NCBI GenBank assembly: GCA_964016885.1
Contig: OZ024740.1
Span: 45,942,001-46,006,000, forward strand
Length of the DNA: 64,000 nt
Source: Eledone cirrhosa
Lineage: Eukaryota
Direction: 5' to 3'
The notes beneath the pieces are model-generated. The model did not search any database. It was not told where the DNA came from and saw only the letters and a program-made list of their open reading frames with translations. Position numbers and translations under genes: made by a program. Shown one piece after another: positions 28,611 to 43,270 of this stretch. The stretch's first letter is position 1, and every line of letters begins with the position of its first letter.

Positions 28611-31170
28611 TCTACTGTCTATTGTTGTATGTAACAAGACATTGGTGTTGTACAGCAAGAATTAGATCTACTGTCTATTGTTGTATGTAACAAGACATTG
28701 GTGTTGTACAACAAGAATTAGATCTACTGTCTATTGTCGTATGTAACAAGACATTGGTGTTGTACAGCAAGAATTCGATCTACTGTCTATTGTTGTATGT
28801 AACAAGATATTGGTGTTGTACAGCAAGAATTAGGCCTACTGTCTATTGTTGTGTGTAACAAGATATTGGTGTTGTACAGCAAGAATTAGACCTACTGTCT
28901 ATTGTTTATGTAACAAGATATTGGTGTTGTACAGCAAGAATTAGACCTACTGTCTTTTGTTGTGTGTAACAAGATATTGGTGTTGTACAGCAAGAATTAG
29001 ACCTACTGTCTATTGTTGTATGTAACAAGATATTGGTGTTGTACAGCAAGAATTAGACCTACTGTCTGTTGTTGTGTGTAACAAGACATTGGTGTTGTAC
29101 AGCAAGAATTAGGCTTACTGTCTATTGTTGTAATTAGAGATTCGTGTTGTACAGCAAGAATTAGATCTATTGGCTATTGTTGTGTGTAACAAGATATTGG
29201 TTTTGTACAGCAAGAATTAGATCTACTGTCTATTGTTGTTTGTAACAAGACATTGGTGTTGTACAGAAAGAATTAGGCCTACTGTCTATTGTTGTAATTA
29301 GACATTCGTGTTGTACAGCAAGAATTAGATCTACTGTCTATTGTTGTGTGTAACAAGACATTGGTGTTGTACAGCAAGAATTCGATCTACTGTCTATTGT
29401 TGTATGTAACAAGATGTTGGTGTTGTACAGCAAGAATTAGACCTACTGTCCGTTGTTGTGTGTAACAAGATATTGGTGTTGTACAGCAAGAATTAGACCT
29501 ACTGTCTATTGTTGTATGTAACAAGATATTGGTGTTGTACAGCAAGAATTAGACCTACTGTCTGTTGTTGTGTGTAACAAGATATTGGTGTTGTACAGCA
29601 AGAATTAGACCTACTGTCTGTTGTTGTGTGTAACAAGATATTGGTGTTGTACAGCAAGAATTAGACCTACTGTCTATTGTTGTATGTAACAGGATATTGG
29701 TGTTGTACAGCAAGAATTAGACCTACTGTCTATTGTTGTATGTAACAAGATATTGGTGTTGTACAGCAAGAATTAGACCTACTGTCTGTTGTAGTATGTA
29801 ACAAGATATTGGTGTTGTACAGCAAATATTAGAACTACTGTCTATTGTTGTATGTAAAAAGATATTGGTGTTGTACAGCAAGAATTAGACCTACTGTCTG
29901 TTGTTGTGTGTAACAAGATATTGGTGTTGTACTGCAAGAATTAGACCTACTGTCTGTTGTTGTGTGTAACAAGATATTGGTGTTGTACAGCAAGAATTAG
30001 ACCTACTGTCTATCGTTGTATGTAACAGGATATTGGTGTTGTACAGCAAGAATTAGACCTACTGTCTATTGTTGTATGTAACAAGATATTGGTGTTGTAC
30101 AGCAAGAATTAGACCTACTGTCTATTGTTGTATGTAACAAGATATTGGTGTTGTACAGCAAGAATTAGACCTACTGTCTATTGTTGTGTGTAACAAGACA
30201 TTGGTGTTGTACAGCAAGAATTAGATCTACTGTCTATTGTTGTCTGTAACAAGATATTGGTGTTGTACAGCAAGAATTATACCTACTGTCTATTGTTGTA
30301 TGTAACAAGATATTGGTGTTGTACAGCAAGAATTAGACCTACTGTCTGTTGTTGTGTGTAACAAGATATTGGTGTTGTACAGCAAGAATTAGACCTACTG
30401 TCTATTGTTGTATGTAACAAGATATTGGTGTTGTACAGCAAGAATTAGACCTACTGTCTATTGTTGTATGTAACAAGATATTGGTGTTGTACAGCAAGAA
30501 TTAGACCTACTGTCTATTGTTGTATGTAACAAGATATTGGTGTTGTACAGCAAGAATTAGACCTACTGTCTATTGTTGTGTGTAACAAGACATTGGTGTT
30601 GTACAGCAAGAATTAGATCTACTGTCTATTGTTGTCTGTAATAAGATATTGGTGTTGTACAGCAAGAATTAGGCCTACTGTCTATTGTTGTAATTAGACA
30701 TTCGTGTTGTACAGCAAGAATTAGATCTACTGTCTATTGTTGTATGTAACAAGACATTGGTGTTGTACAGCAAGAATTAGATCTACTGTCTATTGTTGTA
30801 TGTAACAAGACATTGGTGTTGTACAGCAAGAAATAGATCTACTGTCTATTGTTGTATGTAACAAGACATTGGTTTTGTACAGCAAGAATTAGACCTACTG
30901 TCTGTTGTTGTGTGTAACAAGATATTGGTGTTGTACAGCAAGAATTAGACCTACTGTCTGTTGTTGTGTGTAACAAGATATTGGTGTTGTCCAGCTAGAA
31001 TTAGACCTACTGTCTATTGTTGTATGTAACAAGATATTGGTGTTGTACAGCAAGAATTAGACCTACTGTCTATTGTTGTATGTAACAAGATATTGGTGTT
31101 GTACAGCAAGAATTAGACCTACTGTCTATTGTTGTATGTAACAAGATATTGGTGTTGTACAGCAAGTATT
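28611..31170. repeat. Transition zone of mostly TAGACCTA-type 56-bp monomers with few 52-mers
   Basis: Long runs of AGACCTAC monomers at about 29.4-30.6 kb and 30.9-31.2 kb. No 52-mer lies between the ones starting at about 29277 and about 30673. Confidence 0.7.
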
Positions 31171-34100
31171 AGACCTACTGTCTATTGTTGTATGTAACAA
31201 GATATTGGTGTTGTACAGCAAGAATTAGATCTACTGTCTATTGTTGTATGTAACAAGACATTGGTGTTGTACAGCAAGAATTAGGCCTACTGTCTATTGT
31301 TGTAATTAGACATTCGTGTTGTGCAGCAAGAATTAGATCTACTGTGTATTGTTGTATGTAACAAGATATTGGTGTTGTACAGCAAGAATTAGATCTACTG
31401 TCTATTGTTGTGTGTAACAAGACATTGGTGTTGTGCAGCAAGAATTAGATCTAGTGTCTATTGTTGTGTGTAACAATACATTGGTGTTGTACAGCAAGAA
31501 TTCGATCTACTGTCTATTGTTGTATGTAACAAGATATTGGTGTTGTACAGCAAGAATTAGGCCTACTGTCTATTGTTGTGTGTCACAAGATATTGGTGTT
31601 GTACAGCTAGAATTAGATCTATTGTCTATTGTTGTATGTAACAAGATATTGGTGTTGTACAGCAAGAATTAGGCCTACTGTCTATTGTTGTGTGTAACAA
31701 GACATTGGTGTTGTACAGCAAGAATTAGGCTTACTGTCTATTGTTGTAATTAGACATTCGTGTTGTACAGCAAGAATTAAATCTACTGTCTATTGTTGTA
31801 TGTAACAAGACATTGGTGTTGTACAGCAAGAATTAGATCTACTGTCTATTGTTGTATGTAACAAGGCATTGGTGTTGTACAGCAAGAATTAGGCCTACTG
31901 TCTATTGTTGTAATTAGACATTCGTGTTGTACAGCAAGAATTAGATCTACTGTCTATTGTTGTATGTAACAAGATATTGGTGTTCTACAGCAAGAATTAG
32001 ACCTACTGTCTATTGTTGTATGTAACAAGACATTGGTGTTGTGCAGCAAGAATTAGATCTACTGTCTATTGTTGTGTGTAAAAAGACATTGGTGTTGTAC
32101 AGCAAGAATTCGATCTACTCTCTATTGTTGTATGTAACAAGATATTGGTGTTGTACAGCAAGAATTAGGCCTACTGTCTGTTGTTGTGTGTAACAACATA
32201 TTGGTGTTGTACAACAAGAATTAGACCTACTGTCTGTTGTTGTGTGTAACAAGATATTGGTGTTGTACAGCAAGAATTCGATCTACTCTCTATTGTTGTA
32301 TGTAACAAGATATTGGTGTTGTACAGCAAGAATTAGGCCTACTGTCTATTGTTGTGTGTCACAAGAGATTGGTGTTGTACAGCAAGAATTAGACCTACTG
32401 TCTATTGTTGTATGTAACAAGATATTGGTCTTGTACAGCAAGAATTATACCTACTGTCTGTTGTTGTGTGTAACAAGATATTGGTGTTGTACAACAAGAA
32501 TTAGACCTACTGTCTGTTGTTGTATGTAACAAGATATTGGTGTTGTACAGCAAGAATTAGATCTACTGTCTATTGTTGTGTGTAACAAGACATTGGTGTT
32601 GTGGAGCAAAAATTAGATCTACTGTCTATTGTTGTGTGTAACAATACATTGGTGTTGTACAGCAAGAATTCGATCTACTGTCTATTGTTGTATGTAACAA
32701 GATATTGGTGTTGTACAGCAAGAATTAGGCCTACTGTCTGTTGTTGTGTGTAACAAGATATTGGTGTTGTACTGCAAGAATTAGACCTACTGTCTGTTGT
32801 TGTGTGTAACAAGATATTGGTGTTGTACAGCAAGAATTAGACCTACTGTCTATTGTTGTATGTAACAGGATATTGGTATTGTACAGCAAGAATTAGACCT
32901 ACTGTCTATTGTTGTATGTAACAAGATATTGGTGTTGTACAGCAAGAATTAGGCCTACTGTCTATAGTTGTAATTAGACATTCGTGTTGTACAGCAAGAA
33001 TTAGATCTACTGTCTATTGTTGTATGTAACAAGATATTGGTGTTGTACAGCAAGAATTAGACCTACTGTCTGTTGTTGTGTGTAACAAGATATTGGTGTT
33101 GTACAGCAAGAATTAGATCTACTGTCTATTGTTGTGTGTAACAAGATATTGGTGTTGTACAGCAAGAATGAGATCTACTGTCTATTGTTGTGTGTAACAA
33201 GACATTGGTGTTGTACAGCAAGAATTAGATATACTCTCTATTGTTGTGTGTAACAAGACATTGGTGTGGTACAGCAAGAATTAGATCTACTGTCTATTGT
33301 TGTGTGTAACAAGATATTCGTGTTGTACAGCAAGAATTAGGCCTACTGTCTATTGTTGTGTGTAACAAGACATTGGTGTTGTACAGCAAGAATTAGGCCT
33401 ACTGTCTATTGTTGTAATTAGACATTCGTGTTGTACAGCAAGAATTAGATCTACTGTCTATTGTTGTATGTAACAAGATATTGGTGTTGTACAGCAAGAA
33501 TTAGACCTACTGTCTATTGTTGTATGTAACAAGATATTGGTGTTGTACAGCAAGAATTAGACCTACTGTCTGTTGTTGTGTGTAACAAGACACTGGTGTT
33601 GTACAGCTAGAATTAGATCTAATGTCTATTGTTGTATGTAACAAGACATCGGTGTTGTACAGCAAGAATTAGACCTACAGTCTATTGTTGTGTGTAACAA
33701 GACATTGGTGTTGTACAGCAAGAATTAGATCTACTGTCTATTGTTGTGTGTAACAATACATTGGTGTTGTACAGCAAGAATTAGGCCTACTGTCTATTGT
33801 TGTGTGTAACAAGACATTGGTGTTGTACAGCAAGAATTAGGCCTACTTTCTATTGTTATAATTAGACATTTGTGTTGTACAGCAAGAATTAGATCTACTG
33901 TCTATTGTTGTATGTAACAAGACATTGGTGTTGTACAGCAAGAATTAGGCTTACTGTCTATTGTTGTAATTAGACATTCGTGTTGTGCAGCAAGAATTAG
34001 ATCTACTGACTATTGTTGTATGTAACAAGATATTGGTGTTGTACAGCAAGAATTAGATCTACTGTCTATTGTTGTGTGTAACAAGACATTGGTGTTGTGC

Positions 34101-37100
34101 AGCAAGAATTAGATCTAGTGTCAATTGTTGTATGTAACAAGATATTGGTGTTTTACAGCAAGAATTAGGCCTACTGTCTATTGTTGTGTGTCACAAGATA
34201 TTGGTGTTGTACAGCTAGAATTAGATCTATTGTCTATTGTTGTATGTAACAAGATATTGGTGTTATACAGCAAGAATTAGGCCTACTGTCTGTTGTTGTG
34301 TGTAACGAGATATTGGTGTTGTACAACAAGAATTAGACCTACTGTCTGTTGTTGTGTGTAATAAGATATTGGTGTTGTACAGCAAGAATTCGATCTACTG
34401 TCTATTGTTGTATGTAACAAGATATTGGTGTTGTACAGCAAGAATTAGGCCTACTGTCTATTGTTGTAATTAGACATTCGTGTTGTACAGCAAGAATTAG
34501 ATCTACTGTCTATTGTTGTATGTAACAAGATATTGTTTTTCTACAGCAAGAATTAGACCTACTGTCTATTGTTGTATGTAACAAGACATTGGTGTTGTGC
34601 AGCAAGAATTAGATCTACTGTCTATTGTTGTGTGTAAAAAGACATTGGTGTTGTACAGCAACAATTCGATCTACTGTCTATTGTTGTATGTAACAAGATA
34701 TTGGTGTTGTACAGCAAGAATTAGGCCTACTGTCTATTGTTGTGTGTCACAAGAGATTGGTGTTGTACAGCAAGAATTCGATCTACTCTCTATTGTTGTA
34801 TGTAACAAGATATTGGTGTTGTACAGCAAGAATTAGGCCTACTGTCTGTTGTTGTGTGTAACAAGATATTGGTGTTGTACAACAAGAATTAGACCTACTG
34901 TCTGTTGTTGTGTGTAACAAGATATTGGTGTTGTACAGCAAGAATTAGGCCTACTGTCTATTGTTGTGTGTCACAAGAGATTGGTGTTGTACAGCAAGAA
35001 TTAGACCTACTGTCTATTGTTGTATGTAACAGGATATTGGTGTTGTACAGCAAGAATTAGACCTACTGTCTATTGTTGTATGTAACAAGATATTGGTGTT
35101 GTACAGCAAGAATTAGACCTACTGTCTATTGTTGTATGTAACAAGATATTGGTGTTGTACAGCAAGAATTAGACCTACTGTCTATTGTTGTATGTAACAA
35201 GATATTGGTGTTGTACAGCAAGAATTAGATCTACTGTCTATTGTTGTCTGTAACAAGATATTGGTGTTGTACAGCAAGAATTAGGCCTACTGTCTATTGT
35301 TGTAATTAGACATTCGTGTTGTACAGCAAGAATTAGATCTACTGTCTATTGTTGTATGTAACAAGACATTGGTGTTGTACAGCAAGAATTAGATCTACTG
35401 TCTATTGTTGTATGTAACAAGACATTGGTGTTGTACAGCAAGAATTAGACCTACTGTCTATTGTTGTATGTAACAAGATATTGGTGTTGTACAGCAAGAA
35501 TTAGATCTACTGTCTATTGTTGTATGTAACAAGACATTGGTGTTGTACAGCAAGAATTAGGCCTACTGTCTATTGTTGTAATTAGACATTCGTGTTGTGC
35601 AGCAAGAATTAGATCTACTGTGTATTGTTGTATGTAACAAGATATTGGTGTTGTACAGCAAGAATTAGATCTACTGTCTATTGTTGTGTGTAACAAGACA
35701 TTGTTGTTGTGCAGCAAGAATTAGATCTAGTGTCTATTGTTGTGTGTAACAATACATTGGTGTTGTACAGCAAGAATTCGATCTACTGTCTATTGTTGTA
35801 TGTAACAAGATATTGGTGTTGTACAGCAAGAATTAGGCCTACTGTCTATTGTTGTGTGTCACAAGATATTGGTGTTGTACAGCTAGAATTAGATCTATTG
35901 TCTATTGTTGTATGTAACAAGATATTGGTGTTGTACAGCAAGAATTAGGCCTACTGTCTATTGTTGTGTGTAACAAGACATTGGTGTTGTACAGCAAGAA
36001 TTAGGCTTACTGTCTATTGTTGTAATTAGACATTCGTGTTGTACAGCAAGAATTAAATCTACTGTCTATTGTTGTATGTAACAAGACATTGGTGTTGTAC
36101 AGCAAGAATTAGATCTACTGTCTATTGTTGTATGTAACAAGACATTGGTGTTGTACAGCAAGAATTAGGCCTACTGTCTATTGTTGTAATTAGACATTCG
36201 TGTTGTACAGCAAGAATTAGATCTACTGTCTATTGTTGTATGTAACAAGATATTGGTGTTCTACAGCAAGAATTAGACCTACTGTCTATTGTTGTATGTA
36301 ACAAGACATTGGTGTTGTGCAGCAAGAATTAGATCTACTGTCTATTGTTGTGTGTAAAAAGACATTGGTGTTGTACAGCAAGAATTCGATCTACTCTCTA
36401 TTGTTGTATGTAACAAGATATTGGTGTTGTACAGCAAGAATTAGGCCTACTGTCTGTTGTTGTGTGTAACAAGATATTGGTGTTGTACAACAAGAATTAG
36501 ACCTACTGTCTGTTGTTGTGTGTAACAAGATATTGGTGTTGTACAGCAAGAATTCGATCTACTCTCTATTGTTGTATGTAACAAGATATTGGTGTTGTAC
36601 AGCAAGAATTAGGCCTACTGTCTATTGTTGTGTGTCACAAGAGATTGGTGTTGTACAGCAAGAATTAGACCTACTGTCTATTGTTGTATGTAACAAGATA
36701 TTGGTCTTGTACAGCAAGAATTATACCTACTGTCTGTTGTTGTGTGTAACAAGATATTGGTGTTGTACAACAAGAATTAGACCTACTGTCTGTTGTTGTA
36801 TGTAACAAGATATTGGTGTTGTACAGCAAGAATTAGATCTACTGTCTATTGTTGTGTGTAACAAGACATTGGTGTTGTGGAGCAAAAATTAGATCTACTG
36901 TCTATTGTTGTGTGTAACAATACATTGGTGTTGTACAGCAAGAATTCGATCTACTGTCTATTGTTGTATGTAACAAGATATTGGTGTTGTACAGCAAGAA
37001 TTAGGCCTACTGTCTGTTGTTGTGTGTAACAAGATATTGGTGTTGTACAGCAAGAATTAGACCTACTGTCTATTGTTGTATGTAACAAGATATTGGTGTT

Positions 37101-39220
37101 GTACAGCAAGAATTAGGCCTACTGTCTATAGTTGTAATTAGACATTCGTGTTGTACAGCAAGAATTAGATCTACTGTCTATTGTTGTATGTAACAAGATA
37201 TTGGTGTTGTACAGCAAGAATTAGACCTACTGTCTGTTGTTGTGTGTAACAAGATATTGGTGTTGTACAGCAAGAATTAGATCTACTGTCTATTGTTGTG
37301 TGTAACAAGATATTGGTGTTGTACAGCAAGAATGAGATCTACTGTCTATTGTTGTGTGTAACAAGACATTGGTGTTGTACAGCAAGAATTAGATATACTC
37401 TCTATTGTTGTGTGTAACAAGACATTGGTGTGGTACAGCAAGAATTAGATCTACTGTCTATTGTTGTGTGTAACAAGATATTCGTGTTGTACAGCAAGAA
37501 TTAGGCCTACTGTCTATTGTTGTGTGTAACAAGACATTGGTGTTGTACAGCAAGAATTAGGCCTACTGTCTATTGTTGTAATTAGACATTCGTGTTGTAC
37601 AGCAAGAATTAGATCTACTGTCTATTGTTGTATGTAACAAGATATTGGTGTTGTACAGCAAGAATTAGACCTACTGTCTATTGTTGTATGTAACAAGATA
37701 TTGGTGTTGTACAGCAAGAATTAGACCTACTGTCTGTTGTTGTGTGTAACAAGACACTGGTGTTGTACAGCTAGAATTAGATCTAATGTCTATTGTTGTA
37801 TGTAACAAGACATCGGTGTTGTACAGCAAGAATTAGACCTACAGTCTATTGTTGTGTGTAACAAGACATTGGTGTTGTACAGCAAGAATTAGATCTACTG
37901 TCTATTGTTGTGTGTAACAAGACATTGGTGTTGTACAGCAAGAATTAGGCCTACTGTCTATTGTTGTGTGTAACAAGACATTGGTGTTGTACAGCAAGAA
38001 TTAGGCCTACTTTCTATTGTTATAATTAGACATTTGTGTTGTACAGCAAGAATTAGATCTACTGTCTATTGTTGTATGTAACAAGACATTGGTGTTGTAC
38101 AGCAAGAATTAGGCTTACTGTCTATTGTTGTAATTAGACATTCGTGTTGTGCAGCAAGAATTAGATCTACTGTCTATTGTTGTATGTAACAAGATATTGG
38201 TGTTGTACAGCAAGAATTAGATCTACTGTCTATTGTTGTGTGTAACAAGACATTGGTGTTGTGCAGCAAGAATTAGATCTAGTGTCAATTGTTGTATGTA
38301 ACAAGATATTGGTGTTGTACAGCAAGAATTAGGCCTACTGTCTATTGTTGTGTGTCACAAGATATTGGTGTTGTACAGCTAGAATTAGATCTATTGTCTA
38401 TTGTTGTATGTAACAAGATATTGGTGTTATACAGCAAGAATTAGGCCTACTGTCTGTTGTTGTGTGTAACAAGATATTGGTGTTGTACAACAAGAATTAG
38501 ACCTACTGTCTGTTGTTGTGTGTAACAAGATATTGGTGTTGTACAGCAAGAATTCGATCTACTGTCTATTGTTGTATGTAACAAGATATTGGTGTTGTAC
38601 AGCAAGAATTAGGCCTACTGTCTATTGTTGTAATTAGACATTCGTGTTGTACACCAAGAATTAGATCTACTGTCTATTGTTGTATGTAACAAGATATTGG
38701 TTTTCTACAGCAAGAATTAGACCTACTGTCTATTGTTGTATGTAACAAGACATTGGTGTTGTGCAGCAAGAATTAGATCTACTGTCTATTGTTGTGTGTA
38801 ACAAGATATTGGTGTTGTACAGCAAGAATTAGGCCTACTGTCTATTGTTGTGTGTCACAAGAGATTGGTGTTGTACAGCAAGAATTCGATCTACTCTCTA
38901 TTGTTGTATGTAACAAGATATTGGTGTTGTACAGCAAGAATTAGGCCTACTGTCTGTTGTTGTGTGTAACAAGATATTGGTGTTGTACAACAAGAATTAG
39001 ACCTACTGTCTGTTGTTGTATGTAACAAGATATTGGTGTTGTACAGCAAGAATTAGGCCTACTGTCTATTGTTGTGTGTCACAAGAGATTGGTGTTGTAC
39101 AGCAAGAATTAGACCTACTGTCTATTGTTGTATGTAACAGGATATTGGTGTTGTACAGCAAGAATTAGACCTACTGTCTATTGTTGTATGTAACAAGATA
39201 TTGGTGTTGTACAGCAAGAA
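31171..39220. repeat. Higher-order duplication, period 4276 bp, stepping down to 4164 and 4108 by whole-monomer indels
   Basis: ORF pairs 31238/35514, 31433/35709 and 32242/36518 are all offset by 4276. The AATGAG marker is at 33170/37334 (+4164) and the TCACAAGAG marker at 34748/38856 (+4108). Confidence 0.85.
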
Positions 39221-42200
39221 TTAGGCCTACTTTCTATAGTTGTAATTAGACATTCGTGTTGTACAGCAAGAATTAGATCTACTGTCTATTGTTGTATGTA
39301 ACAAGATATTGGTGTTGTACAGCAAGAATTAGACCTACTGTCTGTTGTTGTGTGTAACAAGATATTGGTGTTGTACAGCAAGAATTAGATCTACTGTCTA
39401 TTGTTGTGTGTAACAAGATATTGGTGTTGTACAGCAAGAATGAGATCTACTGTCTATTGTTGTGTGTAACAAGACATTGGTGTTGTACAGCAAGAATTAG
39501 ATATACTCTCTATTGTTGTGTGTAACAAGACATTGGTGTGGTACAGCAAGAATTAGGCCTACTGTCTATTGTTGTGTGTAACAAGACATTGGTGTTGTAC
39601 AGCAAGAATTAGGCCTACTGTCTATTGTTGTAATTAGACATTCGTGTTGTACAGCAAGAATTAGATCTACTGTCTATTGTTGTATGTAACAAGATATTGG
39701 TGTTGTACAGCAAGAATTAGACCTACTGTCTGTTGTTGTATGTAAGAAGATATTGGTGTTGTACAGCAAGAATTAGACCTACTGTCTGTTGTTGTGTGTA
39801 ACAAGACACTGGTGTTGTACAGCTAGAATTAGATCTAATGTCTATTATTGTACGTAACAAGACATCGGTGTTGTACAGCAAGAATTAGACCTACAGTCTA
39901 TTGTTGTGTGTAACAAGACATTGGTGTTGTACAGCAAGAATTAGATCTACTGTCTATTGTTGTGTGTAACAAGACATTGGTGTTGTACAGCAAGAATTAG
40001 GCCTACTGTCTATTGTTGTGTGTAACAAGACATTGGTGTTGTACAGCAAGAATTAGGCCTACTTTCTATTGTTATAATCAGACATTTGTGTTGTACAGCA
40101 AGAATTAGATCTACTGTCCATTGTTGTATGTAACAAGACATTGGTGTTGTACAGCAAGAATTAGGCTTACTGTCTATTGTTGTAATTAGACATTCGTGTT
40201 GTGCAGCAAGAATTAGATCTACTGTCTATTGTTGTATGTAACAAGATATTGGTGTTGTACAGCAAGAATTAGATCTACTGTCTATTGTTGTGTGTAACAA
40301 GACATTGGTGTTGTGCAGCAAGAATTAGATCTAGTGTCAATTGTTGTATGTAACAAGATATTGGTGTTGTACAGCAAGAATTAGGCCTACTGTCTATTGT
40401 TGTGTGTCACAAGATATTGGTGTTGTACAGCTAGAATTAGATCTATTGTCTATTGTTGTATGTAACAAGATATTGGTGTTGTACAGCAAGAATTAGGCCT
40501 ACTGTCTGTTGTTGTGTGTAACAAGATATTGGTGTTGTACAACAAGAATTAGACCTACTGTCTGTTGTTGTGTGTAACAAGATATTGGTGTTGTACAGCA
40601 AGAATTCGATCTACTGTCTATTGTTGTATGTAACAAGATATTGGTGTTGTACAGCAAGAATTAGGCCTACTGTCTATTGTTGTAATTAGACATTCGTGTT
40701 GTACAGCAAGAATTAGATCTACTGTCTATTGTTGTATGTAACAAGATATTGGTTTTCTACAGAAAGAATTAGACCTACTGTCTATTGTTGTATGTAACAA
40801 GACATTGGTGTTGTGCAGCAAGAATTAGATCTACTGTCTATTGTTGTGTGTAAAAAGACATTGGTGTTGTACAGCAAGAATTCGATCTACTGTCTATTGT
40901 TGTATGTAACAAGATATTGGTGTTGTACAGCAAGAATTCGATCTACTCTCTATTGTTGTATGTAACAAGATATTGGTGTTGTACAGCAAGAATTAGGCCT
41001 ACTGTCTGTTGTTGTGTGTAACAAGATATTGGTGTTGTACAACAAGAATTAGACCTACTGTCTGTTGTTGTGTGTAACAAGATATTGGTGTTGTACAGCA
41101 AGAATTAGGCCTACTGTCTATTGTTGTGTGTCACAAGAGATTGGTGTTGTACAGCAAGAATTAGACCTACTGTCTATTGTTGTATGTAACAGGATATTGG
41201 TGTTGTACAGCAAGAATTAGACCTACTGTCTATTGTTGTATGTAACAAGATATTGGTGTTGTACAGCAAGAATTAGGCCTACTTTCTATAGTTGTAATTA
41301 GACATTCGTGTTGTACAGCAAGAATTAGATCTACTGTCTATTGTTGTATGTAACAAGATATTGGTGTTGTACAGCAAGAATTAGACCTACTGTCTGTTGT
41401 TGTGTGTAACAAGATATTGGTGTTGTACAGCAAGAATTAGATCTACTGTCTATTGTTGTGTGTAACAAGATATTGGTGTTGTACAGCAAGAATGAGATCT
41501 ACTGTCTATTGTTGTGTGTAACAAGACATTGGTGTTGTACAGCAAGAATTAGATATACTCTCTATTGTTGTGTGTAACAAGACATTGGTGTGGTACAGCA
41601 AGAATTAGATCTACTGTCTATTGTTGTGTGTAACAAGATATTCGTGTTGTACAGCAAGAATTAGGCCTACTGTCTATTGTTGTGTGTAACAAGACATTGG
41701 TGTTGTACAGCAAGAATTAGGCCTACTGTCTATTGTTGTAATTAGACATTCGTGTTGTACAGCAAGAATTAGATCTACTGTCTATTGTTGTATGTAACAA
41801 GATATTGGTGTTGTACAGCAAGAATTAGACCTACTGTCTATTGTTGTATGTAAGAAGATATTGGTGTTGTACAGCAAGAATTAGACCTACTGTCTGTTGT
41901 TGTGTGTAACAAGACACTGGTGTTGTACAGCTAGAATTAGATCTAATGTCTATTATTGTACGTAACAAGACATCGGTGTTGTACAGCAAGAATTAGACCT
42001 ACAGTCTATTGTTGTGTGTAACAAGACATTGGTGTTGTACAGCAAGAATTAGATCTACTGTCTATTGTTGTGTGTAACAAGACATTGGTGTTGTACAGCA
42101 AGAATTAGGCCTACTGTCTATTGTTGTGTGTAACAAGACATTGGTGTTGTACAGCAAGAATTAGGCCTACTTTCTATTGTTATAATTAGACATTTGTGTT

Positions 42201-43270
42201 GTACAGCAAGAATTAGATCTACTGTCCATTGTTGTATGTAACAAGACATTGGTGTTGTACAGCAAGAATTAGGCTTACTGTCTATTGTTGTAATTAGACA
42301 TTCGTGTTGTGCAGCAAGAATTACATCTACTGTCTATTGTTGTATGTAACAAGATATTGGTGTTGTACAGCAAGAATTAGATCTACTGTCTATTGTTGTG
42401 TGTAACAAGACATTGGTGTTGTGCAGCAAGAATTAGATCTAGTGTCAATTGTTGTATGTAACAAGATATTGGTGTTGTACAGCAAGAATTAGGCCTACTG
42501 TCTATTGTTGTGTGTCACAAGATATTGGTGTTGTACAGCTAGAATTAGATCTATTGTCTATTGTTGTATGTAACAAGATATTGGTGTTGTACAGCAAGAA
42601 TTAGGCCTACTGTCTGTTGTTGTGTGTAACAAGATATTGGTGTTGTACAACAAGAATTAGACCTACTGTCTGTTGTTGTGTGTAACAAGATATTGGTGTT
42701 GTACAGCAAGAATTCGATCTACTGTCTATTGTTGTATGTAACAAGATATTGGTGTTGTACAGCAAGAATTAGGCCTACTGTCTATTGTTGTAATTAGACA
42801 TTCGTGTTGTACAGCAAGAATTAGATCTACTGTCTATTGTTGTATGTAACAAGATATTGGTTTTCTACAGAAAGAATTAGACCTACTGTCTATTGTTGTA
42901 TGTAACAAGACATTGGTGTTGTGCAGCAAGAATTAGATCTACTGTCTATTGTTGTGTGTAAAAAGACATTGGTGTTGTACAGCAAGAATTCGATCTACTG
43001 TCTATTGTTGTATGTAACAAGATATTGGTGTTGTACAGCAAGAATTAGGCCTACTGTCTATTGTTGTGTGTCACAAGAGATTGGTGTTGTACAGCAAGAA
43101 TTCGATCTACTCTCTATTGTTGTATGTATCAAGATATTGGTGTTGTACAGCAAGAATTAGGCCTACTGTCTGTTGTTGTGTGTAACAAGATATTGGTGTT
43201 GTACAACAAGAATTAGACCTACTGTCTGTTGTTGTGTGTAACAAGATATTGGTGTTGTACAGCAAGAATT
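37060..43270. repeat. About three copies of a roughly 2.05-2.1 kb higher-order unit
   Basis: AATGAG marker at 37334, 39442 and 41494 (spacings 2108 and 2052, differing by one monomer), with the same order of variant monomers in each copy. Confidence 0.8.
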
